Of a stretch of DNA of 64,000 nucleotides, positions 17,879-27,556 are shown piece after piece; the first letter of the stretch is position 1; the number at the start of each line of letters is the position of its first letter. The notes under the pieces are model-generated. The model was not told the origin of the DNA. It worked only from the letters and a program-made list of their open reading frames with translations, and did not search any database. The stretch is taken from the NCBI GenBank assembly GCA_046563655.1, contig CM102285.1, positions 5,208,001 through 5,272,000 of the forward strand, read 5' to 3'. Position numbers and translations under genes: made by a program. Source of the DNA: Yuukianura sp. NJ FZ-2021. Its lineage: Eukaryota.

Positions 17879-18050
17879 GGTTAGTAGGGAAAGGCGTTGT
17901 ACGCCACCGCCATCTTGGATGTGGGTGGTGTCATGCCAAGATGGCCTGGTTGGGGTGTTGGGTAAAATGGCGCAGCGGTGCTGGACAAAATGGAGGGGAC
18001 AGCCATCTTGGATGTTTTGTGATGGCGGGATGAGTGTTTGTCTTCGAAGG
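17879..18050 (+). repeat. Left terminal inverted repeat of the Polinton-like element
   Basis: Reverse complement of ~27385-27556 with about 7 mismatches counted by eye. Confidence 0.95.
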
Positions 18051-18479
18051 TCTTAAGGGATTGGTGGCCTGGTGGCTCGTGTTTCTGATGCTTTTGCTCA
18101 AGAGGTTTTGAGTGGTAGGGATTGTGGTAGAGAGGGGTTGTGTTGGTGTGGTGGATCAAGGTAGTGTAGTGCGAAGATGACGTTTTCCTATGGACTGTTT
18201 GATTGTATGGAGAGGGTGAGTTTTTCGGTTTTCATTTTTTATGGTGGGTAGGAGATTTGGGAGTTAAGTGGCTCAGCTGAGACTTGTTGCTTGTTCTCTC
18301 TAAGGATTTTAATCAGATTTACGACTGCAGTTTAGGTGTTTTCTGCTGACGTTAGGTCAAAATGTCAACTTGTAAGAAAGAGGATCTTGTGTCAAGTTTG
18401 ACGCTACAAGTTGGTTATGACGCATCAGTCGTTGTGTGTCACTTCTTAATTTTGGAGGTAGTTCGAAGAAGAAGTAGAA

Positions 18480-19157
18480 ATGGGTGAGTTTAATTTTCAT
18501 TGAGAAAAATATTACACGAAATTATTTTTCCGTTTATTATTTTAGATAATCGATTGAATATACTTTTTTTTTCAGTTTGCGATTTCAATCTAGAGTGCAT
18601 CGCTTGCGTGAGCAGTGGATGCTCATATTATGAATTCGTATTTAGTGACGAGTCACTGCGGAAGGTCTGTGCAGTCACAGGATCAGTGATTGGAGCAACT
18701 TTTGAAGTCGATCCTCCTGACGTCACCGCATGTCCGTCGGGCTCAACCACGGTTTCACCGCTTACCACTAGTTCGTCTTCATCTACTTCTGCGCCACCGA
18801 CGCCAACGACAGCTTACACCACTACTACTTTGGCTCCTCGCACGACGACTAAGTTACCGACAATTGTTCCGGCCACTCTTGATGGTGATTCTTGGAAATT
18901 TGGATTTGTTGTCACTTGTAAGCATTTTGATTTATACTTTTTTTCAAAAGATTCCAACAAAACTAAATATTTACTAAATTCGTTCTCTATTTGTAGTGAT
19001 CTTGTTCCTGGTTGCTGTCATTGCTTGCTTTGTTCTTTTGCGTCAATGGTGGATCCGACGCCGTGCGGTGGATGGGACCAGGCGTAGCCAGCTGCGCATG
19101 CGTGGCGAAGAGCAAATTCCATTGAGAATGTTGGCGCTCGACGAAAGTCATTTTTAA
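18480..19157 (+). CDS. Spliced single-pass membrane protein: Cys-rich (PSI/CD164-like) domain, Ser/Thr mucin stalk, TM helix, short tail
   Basis: ATGG then GTGAGT intron 18484-18575. Exon 18576-18917 (CDFNLECIACVSSGC..C..C plus Thr-rich stalk). Intron 18918-18996. Last exon is in frame and gives TM FGFVVTLILFLVAVIACFVLL, RQWWIRRR, ...DESHF*. The true 5' end and signal peptide are uncertain. Confidence 0.7.
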
Positions 19158-20140
19158 GCGTGTTCTTCCAATTCAAGTTACCACAGAAACAACAACAACA
19201 ACAAAAACGCGAGTATTTTTAGCAATTGAAGAGTTTTAGCGGTTATTTCAGAAATCAGCTCATAACTATATTTTGGCTCAATTTCAATATGAATTCAACA
19301 ACTCTTAGCTTTTCAACTATTTAGTTAGGTTTAGATTTATCAAATACGAGAGTTATTTTCAATTTAACTAAGAAATGTAATTTTCATTCCTAAAGTCAAC
19401 GTGAAAAATTGTAACCACTTTTACCTTTGTAAAAAAAATTTTTAAGAAAATCAGAAAATTATTTTACTCGTGCTCAGCCTTACGCTGTCGTGACTGCTGC
19501 TGCTTAGTAACCAAAGTTCCTTACAAAGATTTTGAGTTTAAAATAAACTAGTAAATCTCACAAAACAAATTGAATATTCTTGTTTATTTCATCGTATAAA
19601 ATTTCTGCATTAAACGAGTGAAAGGTTTCGAAGGTTGTATACAGAGTTGGAAGATACAAAAAGTTGCAAAATACCAGAAAATGATAGTAGAATTAGTATT
19701 TAGTATGAACTATTTAGATTTAGTACTAAAATTCTAGGCTGCTGAAACCTGGTTTTTAAAAGTGAAAAATACTTTGAAATTAAAGTTTCTTCTCTTCGCA
19801 TGTGACAGTTTTGTACAAAACTGTAAAATCTTGTTTTGTCTCTGCTGACAAATCAATCGGAGTAGAATCCTTGGCCGCGTAGGTGCATGCTGCTCGACCT
19901 TCTCTGATTATCTTGTCCATTTCGTCGGTACTTTTTCCAACAGTGTTCCCGCCTTTGGACGTATCAGTCGCTCAGGAAATTGCTAAAAAAATTAAAAAGT
20001 CAGCAAGAAAGACCGAAGCTCCATTGTACCCAACTGTTCAATCATGATATAAGCTAACTGCTTACTGCCTAAATCTTGCTTTCATTCCTTCGACATATTC
20101 TGAGGATCTCTAATTGAGATTTACTCAATCCTGTTTCATC

Positions 20141-20804
20141 ATGCCTTTTAGGATGGCCCAGGAGAAGAATACAAAACTTCCACTCCCTTCTGATTTCGCA
20201 CCTATCATGTGGTTAAATCAGTGGGATTTCAAATAAATCGTTGCAATGGACTGCGAATTTGTGCATACTCGGAAAGGGAAAGGCGCCTCCCGAGTCCCCT
20301 GCGTTAGTAGAGAGGTAGTAGTAGGTAGATATCGTTATCAGCTCACTCCTTCCAATCTACTCTGCTAAAATATATCACCCTAAGAATTCCTTCTTGGTAA
20401 ATGAGTCTACTCGTCAAGTAAATGAATTTGAAGCGGATAGCTTTGACAATCCAGACTACAAATCTTTAGAGACAGTACGCGAAGAGGTTAGACAGATACT
20501 CCAAGATAAAGTGGTCGTAGGCGTCGCATTGAAGGGGGACATGAATTCACTCCACCTTCAGCAAGACCAGTTCAGTCACGTCGAACTACACGACACTTTT
20601 TTTAAGCACCGACTGGACAACAAAGGAGTAATTATGCTGGCTAACAAAGGCAGACCGATTCCCGAACCAATCGCACTCGGGACAATGTACCAAATCCTTT
20701 TCCGAAGACCACTGTACACAAACGGGTCGATTCATTCCTCTTTAGAAGACGCTACGGCAACAATGGAGATTTTCAACCAACAGGTTCATATTCCGATACC
20801 GTAG
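20141..20804 (+). pseudogene. DEDDh 3'-5' exonuclease (REXO4/REX4/ISG20-like), disrupted
   Basis: ExoI IVAMDCEFV (~20237-20263, just after an in-frame TAA), ExoII-like KVVVGVALKGD, ExoIII HSSLEDATATMEIF. Frameshift near 20300-20330. Confidence 0.75.
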
Positions 20805-20946
20805 GTTCCAGATAATCCATCCTCCAAATTGTTCACTGCATGGTTAATTCAAACCAAAATCGGCCTAACTGCACCGGCAATTCATTCTATCCTTAAATGA
20901 GAACTTTGTTGACCTAGTACAGGTTAACTTTTCTCTTTATTTCAGG

Positions 20947-22065
20947 ATGCAGAACAACTTGTACCGCTCAAATTTGGCAGCAACGGAGGGCAGAGAATTG
21001 TCCTACAAATGCTGGCAACGCGAGGTCAAGTGGCAAGGTCACCAACTTACTCCAGCACTTAACTTCGACTCAATACCGGAGTCGGAGAAACAGCGTGCCT
21101 ATCAGGTCTACCTCGAATCGGTCCGCCTTAGAACCCGCGTTAACGCCATGTTGGCCAGCATGCAGCCTAACTTTGTCTACGGAGCTACGGTGGAACACAA
21201 ACTGGAGGGAGAAGAAATCCTTAACATAAGTGGTCCACACTACAACCACATCACCAACAACAAAATCGAACACACGAAGAACTACAAGGACGAACCAAGG
21301 GTCCGCGCACCACTAAACCCGGAACGCAAACTCAGCCCAATTCCGCAATACCACAGCCGCCATAACGAAGACAATGACACGGATCATTATGATGGTTACC
21401 ACAAGCGATACCGCTCTCCTGGGAGCGGAAGCGGTTCAAATCGGCCGTCTCCGCCCCGTCAAGATCGTGATCACCGATCAAATCATCGAACAACTGAACA
21501 TACTCAACACCGACGGCACAACTCCAACGACCGACGCAACGATAACAGACGGCCTCAATACTCGAGCCACGAAAGAGATTATTCCGGTACTCCAACAGAG
21601 TATCGGAAGAATCACACTTCAGGATCTGCAGAACGGGAAACAAACAGACACCAAGACTACCGGAAGAACCGATTTGAAACCTACAGTTGCTCAACTGCAG
21701 ATAAAAAAACCGTTCCGCGGAATCAACACCCAGTTCCCACTCCATCTTCCATCTATGACAAACCAAAAACGTACTTTGGATCCCACTGTCAGGCCCCTCA
21801 TAGTGAGTCACACTCTTACAGTAGAGGCGATGGCCAAATCGGCCATTCGTCCAGTAACTACGAGCCCGTGTGGGAACTCAGAAGACAAACTACCACGCCT
21901 CCAAAAACATGGACTAACCCGAAACCTTCAACGGAAGTTCGTCCGAGGGCCAGAGCCTCCAGCCCGAAGAGACGTCAAACCTCCCCCACAACCACTTCAC
22001 CTAGCAAAACGGCGTCATTCTCCAAAAACAGTTATGAAGACCCCGAACTAGGGGTCCTCACGTAA
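20947..22065 (+). CDS. Hypothetical low-complexity R/S/H/T-rich protein
   Basis: 372 aa open frame directly after a polypyrimidine-CAG acceptor; no recognisable domain. Confidence 0.4.
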   Translation: MQNNLYRSNLAATEGRELSYKCWQREVKWQGHQLTPALNFDSIPESEKQRAYQVYLESVRLRTRVNAMLASMQPNFVYGATVEHKLEGEEILNISGPHYNHITNNKIEHTKNYKDEPRVRAPLNPERKLSPIPQYHSRHNEDNDTDHYDGYHKRYRSPGSGSGSNRPSPPRQDRDHRSNHRTTEHTQHRRHNSNDRRNDNRRPQYSSHERDYSGTPTEYRKNHTSGSAERETNRHQDYRKNRFETYSCSTADKKTVPRNQHPVPTPSSIYDKPKTYFGSHCQAPHSESHSYSRGDGQIGHSSSNYEPVWELRRQTTTPPKTWTNPKPSTEVRPRARASSPKRRQTSPTTTSPSKTASFSKNSYEDPELGVLT

Positions 22066-22411
22066 CAGCCCTCGTCCGACAGATACAAAAAGGTATGGTG
22101 GATACGACCGAGAATCTTTCCGGAATATACATCAGCGAGACAACGCTTACTTTAGCGACGTCCACCATACCCATCCTACGACAACCACTTCCTCATCCAG
22201 TCGTCACACCGATGAACTGAACCAACCCAGTTCCAATCACACACCAAAACATTATAGAGACGTCGTACCAAGGAACACAAAACGCGACAAGACTCCACAA
22301 CCTTACGACGATGGTAACTCAAACCGATTACCATCCAAAACTTCAACAAGGACGATCAGTCAACGACACACGACTCCGCCCAATCGGCGACAGTCAGCTC
22401 CACGGGATCCC

Positions 22412-23122
22412 TTGTACAACTTTGCGGGATTAATTCCTAACGAAACTAAATCTCCACCGACCTCCCCAGCAATTCCAGTCGAGACGACAAGCATACAGCC
22501 CACACAAACTCAGATACGTCTCAACCAAGCCACGCAACTACATGCAACAGGACAGGAGAATCCTACCCTGACACCATCACAGCTCACCTCGTCTACACTG
22601 ATCGACGAATTATACGCAAAGATCCAGAGCCTCGAACGTAAATTTGAGGACCAGAACCGCCAACTCCAACAACAGCCAAAACCATTTCCGTTACCCGTCG
22701 TACATGACTTCTACTCAAAGGAACCCAAGAAACAGTTGGTCCTTAAATTGACTCGACTTACAGCTCAGGAGTGTTCTAATACCTCCGCTTCCACTTCTCC
22801 AACCGGGAGCCAAAAGTCCCAGAAGTCGTTATCCAACTTTAAAGTCCCTCTCCTCTCCAAACAAAAAAGACTCCGGCTTTACGACGCTCCAGGGAACCAT
22901 CGCCATCTCCAAAACGAAATTCGACACCAAATTCCTCAAAGAAACAAAAGACTGAAGCGATCCAGAAACCAAATCGGACAAGCTCGTATAACCGGCCCTC
23001 CTCCAATCGCTCCACTCATCACTCACGCGAGACCTCCAAATCGGATCGAGTGGCCGATCGGGCCACCTAGAACCCACGGTGGGGCACCTTCGGGTATGAC
23101 TACCGAGAGTTGGAGGTGTTAG
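22412..23122 (+). CDS. Hypothetical Pro/Thr/Gln-rich protein with a short coiled coil
   Basis: 236 aa ORF with a LYAKIQSLERKFEDQNRQLQQQ coiled coil; may be a frameshifted continuation of the upstream ORF. Confidence 0.35.
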   Translation: MYNFAGLIPNETKSPPTSPAIPVETTSIQPTQTQIRLNQATQLHATGQENPTLTPSQLTSSTLIDELYAKIQSLERKFEDQNRQLQQQPKPFPLPVVHDFYSKEPKKQLVLKLTRLTAQECSNTSASTSPTGSQKSQKSLSNFKVPLLSKQKRLRLYDAPGNHRHLQNEIRHQIPQRNKRLKRSRNQIGQARITGPPPIAPLITHARPPNRIEWPIGPPRTHGGAPSGMTTESWRC

Positions 23123-23263
23123 TAGCCTGACACTGTTCCTCGGGTAGAGATCCTCTCACGCGGACCTCTACTCGAGTACTACTCCTCTCACTCCTCTCAT
23201 CCTCCTCCTCTCTACCTCTATCATAGGGAGGACTCCTACCCCCATAGGGGGCCTCACACCTTC

Positions 23264-26200
23264 ATGCCGGTGACACATGAAATTTTTGTTCCAAAAGTAA
23301 TTTTAAACTCTAGTAATTTTATAGTTTCTAGCTTTAACTTGTATTTGGCAAATAATTCCAAATGGGAAATTGAGTCTTTGAATCAAATTCAGCTATTTAT
23401 TGCTCATTACAATCCAATCAGGGGGCGGGGCTATATTCCAACCTCTCCCGATCTGCACAAAAGGCGCGGGCTCGTTTCAATTAAAACTGACAAAAATTGT
23501 TTTAAATTGAGTTTACTATGCTCAATTTTTGGAGACGAAATTTTGAGAATGTTAGGGGAAAAGGCAAAGTCGCGGGAAAAGCGTTTTCTTGAAGACCCCA
23601 GGAGTTATGAAAGCCATTTCGATAAAATCGATTTGGGATTTTTAAAAGATCCCGCTGCAGTTTCTATGCATGACATTGATGTAGTAGAAGAAAAATTGAC
23701 AGATCTCAGTTTAAACGTTTACGGCCTCGCAGGAAATGACGTTTTTTTGATGATGGCCACAAGTCAGGTTAAAAAAAATCAAGTAAATTTACTCCTCGTC
23801 AGAGACGAAAAAAATCAGAGCAATTATCATTACATATTGATTCGTGACTTTGGAGGATTTCTGGGTAAAGATCGCGGCTACGGCTCACAATTCTGTGCAA
23901 AGTGCCAGAAGCGATTAGACCCAAGATACAAATCTGGACTTTTACATTCGTGTGGGGAGGGGTCTACACGGAAACGGCAATCAAAGAATCACGTCGCCAA
24001 ATTCAAACGATTTGATTCTCTGCTAAAGTTTCCATACTGTATGTACTATCGATTTTTTTTTATGTAAAAATCAAATTTGGACCAGAAAATCTCACAAATT
24101 CAGCAGAATCTGACACTGAACAGGTTCCATTTGCCTATAGTTTCTTTTGTGTGGCTCAGGACGAATTTATTGATAGGTTTTTCTACACCAGCGTAGATTG
24201 CGTCGATCATTTTATAAAAGCAATTTTAAAGTTGGCAGAAGAAAAAACAAGGCTGATTAGGAATAAAAATGTTTTTGTTCCGCCGAGTCGAGAAATTTTA
24301 ACTAAATTTCAAAATGCGACACATTGCGAACTGTGTCAAGACAATTGTTTGGACAAGAGAGACGAACATTTAAAACTTATAATCATGACCACTTTACCGG
24401 CGAAGCAATCCAGATCGCTTGTGTCACGTGTAATTTGCAAAATCGTCGCAGTCACTTTCTCCCAGTTGTAACCATGGGACCACGACACGAGTTTAGTTTG
24501 TTACTTAGAAAAACAACTTGCCCACCAGAGTCAGTTTTTCCTATATGCAAAAAGAATAGGCAGATTATAGGGGTTCAACTGAAACAAAACCACTGGAATG
24601 GAAACTACCGTCACCATTACGTGAGTTAATCTAAAAAACCACGAGATAATCTAATGGACTTGTCTCATTTCATAACGGACATGCCGCTTTCGGAAATTGC
24701 ACAAGATCTGACACACGGTGGCCTAGGGTTATGTTGTTTCGAAAAAGTTTTTGGCGAATTAGCAAATCCTCAGGAATTACTAATTGACGACAGCCTGTTT
24801 CCAGTTTTTGATTCCATTTAGCATTTTCTTGGGCTAGTTGACAAAATTTTCCTTAATATTTCTAACAAAATTGTTTAAAATATCCACCAGAAGCTACAGT
24901 TAGAGACATCATACGACACAAGTGTAACGCTGAGGCTAGTCTCATAGCAGATGCATTCGAGAACCTAAGAAATATTTGTTTCAAAGACTACCAGCTAGAT
25001 TTGTCGTCATTCTGGAGTCTTTCGTCTTTTGGTTTGCAAGCTGCTCTGCTTTTTAGAAACACAGAAATTGAAAGTATCGCTGATTCGGAGATTGGTGAAA
25101 TGGTTACCGATGGAGTTTTTGGCGGTTATTCAAACTACAAAGTTGCGCAGTGTTGCCAACTCGCGATCAAATTCGAATTTTGATCCTAGAATAGCGGAGA
25201 AGGAAATTTTCTGTGGCAACATCCGAATGAGTTACAGCAAGTCGCTGCTTGGTAATCTCCCATACAAAGATATTACGATTTTGTCGGAGACGGAGCTGGA
25301 AACGTTCAATTTCAGCAGAACTGACGATTCGTACGGATATCTATTTCGCGTAGACATTTCATACGTATCTGAGGAATGGAAACGCTACATTTCAGACCTG
25401 CGTTTTCCACAGGAACGTCGGAAAATTTGCATAACGGATCTTTCTGATACACAGAAGCAATGGTTGCAGGATAAGGATAAAGTACTTTTAGATCAGACTA
25501 GAGTGTTAAACACACTTTATGACAAAGAATGTGGCGTATACTATTTGCCGTTTCTGAATTGGATGTTGTCACATGGTGTAAACGTCACACGCGGGTATCC
25601 GTTTTAGAGAATTCGCCATTTTCAAAGATTTTGCAACGTTTAACGTTGAGGCTAGACATAGGGCTAAGTGTGACCTTGACATGCAAATGAGGAAATCTTT
25701 GAATAATAATTTAATTGGAAAAATGCTTGCTCTAGATTCAGACTACGCAGAGTCAAAGTTTATTTTCACCTCTATTGAAGCGAAAGAGCATCTTGCGAAA
25801 GACACTTTTACCGATTTTAATATTATTCACGAGAATTGTTCATTGCTAAAATTTAGAAAGGAACGAGCATCGACCTTTGACCTCAGGTTGACTGCTTTGG
25901 TAGCATTATCTAATGCTCGGCAAAATTTGTATAACATTGTTTACGATGGATTCAAAGCAGAGTTCGGCGACGATTTCAATCATCTCTACAGTAATACGGA
26001 TTCTCTAATTGCACAGATTAATGTCCCCAGGGCACGGTATATTTCTGGGTTGAAAAATATTGAAACTTTTTTTGATTTTTCCAACCTACCCCTAGATCAT
26101 GAATTACATAATGACAAAAACAAAAACATGCCAGGGAAAATGAGGCTGGAAGCTGATCATCTCCTTTCCTTCTACTCGACAGGGTTTAATCAGTATTCAT

Positions 26201-26544
26201 TGCTCGTAGACACAAAATACGAAGACAAGGAAATCTCAAAAGCAGGGGGAATTAAAAAATCAGAAGCAAAGTTTCTTAGGCATTCCCATTATAAAAACAT
26301 CGTCGAGGAAGGGAAACAATTGGAAAAAATCAAAATCAAAACAATCAAGTTGGTAGATGATAAGATTGTTTCGATTTCCAGCGAGCGCTGTAGTCTTGGC
26401 GGGGTGAGTATGAGAAACTTTTTTTCTAATGAACTCAGTTTCTCATTTGGAGATCCTAGAATGTTTAGAAAAATAAATTTTCCGAAGTCGTTAAAAGGTT
26501 ATTCATGTACTTCTTTAAAAAAAACTCATTTTGTTGTCAAATAA
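23264..26544 (+). pseudogene. Protein-primed family B DNA polymerase (Polinton/adintovirus type), frameshifted
   Basis: YNPIRGRGYIP..LVSIK.DKNCF, HYILIRD, FCAKC, exonuclease I region KFPYCMYYD, Zn/endonuclease VII-like HCELC..DHFTGE..ACVTCNLQ, motif A region NIRMSYS..LP, GYLFRVDI, motif B RKSLNNNLIGK, motif C YSNTDS, KNMPGKM and KAGGI. Several stops and frameshifts. Confidence 0.88.
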
Positions 26545-27384
26545 ATACTTTCTTTTATTGTTTACTTCATTTTCTCCGTTCGTTATTTTCAAAAACACCT
26601 TAATTGTAGAACTTTCGAAATTTAACCGTTAATCCGCGAGTCAAGTTCTGGAATGAAAAAAATCTTCCTTATTTTCTTCAGATTTTTAATAAACCGACTC
26701 AATTCGTTAGTGGCATTTGAGCTAAGAAGGTTACCATGGATCCAGCGAAAACGATTGGGTTTGCCACTGCCATGCCAGTCGTCGAGCCAGTGGCTTTTAA
26801 ACTTTACCGATTTGCATGTAATATTATTGTGTTAGATTTCTATTTGTATTTTTTTTAAATATTTATTCTTTAATGTATGATTCAGATTTGAAACGCTACG
26901 GAGCTTCCCATGCAAAGGACGCCATATCATAAAGCACGAGATGGTCGTGCTGGAGACAAACCGAAAAAAGACACGAAGAGACTGAGCCGGCAACCAACCC
27001 GCCAATCCATGAGCTTTTGTTTACTGATTTTGCAAAATACCTTTTTTTCACCATTTCACTAACAAACATTTAACACTATTGTTAACACTATTAAAACTGT
27101 CACATCCAAAGAAAAGAAACTTTAATTTAAATTTTAATTTAAAGGATTTTTTTTCGTTCTCAAAAGTAAGAGTGATGAATCAAAATAAAAAATTTTTGTT
27201 TTCAATCTCTTTAACCGCAATATCCGAATTTTCTTAAATTATCGAAAACATTTTTTTTCCTGAGTGGCGTTTTATATTTTCTGTTTCTAAACATTCGTTT
27301 TCCATACGTAGCATGGACCACTCCATCTCCGTACAACGCCCTCCATAAAAGAGAAGAGAACGGAAGTCATCCATCTCGCTAAAC

Positions 27385-27556
27385 CCTTCGAAGACAAACA
27401 GTCACCCCGCCATCACAAAACATCCAAGATGGCTGACCCCTCCATCTTGTCCAGCACCGCTCCGCCATTTTACCCAACACCCCAACCAGGCCATCTTGGC
27501 ATGACACCACCCACATCCAAGATGGCGGTGGCGTACAACGCCTTTCCCAACTAACT
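27385..27556 (-). repeat. Right terminal inverted repeat of the Polinton-like element
   Basis: Inverted copy of 17879-18050 ending ...CAACTAACT, followed by the TSD TTCAAG. Confidence 0.95.

Larger units (their letters stand above)
17879..27556 (+). mobile_element. Polinton/Maverick-like element (~9.7 kb) with TIRs and decayed pPolB, no visible integrase or capsid
   Basis: TIRs 17879-~18050 and ~27385-27556. Termini GGTTAGT...ACTAACT. 6 bp TSD TTCAAG (17873-17878, 27557-27562). Removing the element and one TSD restores the in-frame Gypsy RT KKDGSSRLVIDYR. Contains a pPolB pseudogene. Confidence 0.9.

Noticed and set aside
17784..18159. ORFs containing RRCTPPPSWMWVV (also 27379-27594)
   Set aside because: They are read-through from the Gypsy RT or flank into the non-coding TIR, not real genes.
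21374..22051. Thr-rich 225 aa ORF overlapping the 372 aa ORF (possible overprinting)
   Set aside because: The T-poor, low-complexity composition makes stop-free alternative frames likely, and there is no domain evidence.
26737..26990. Possible small spliced ORF after PolB (MDPAKTIGFATAMP...)
   Set aside because: Too short and featureless to support.
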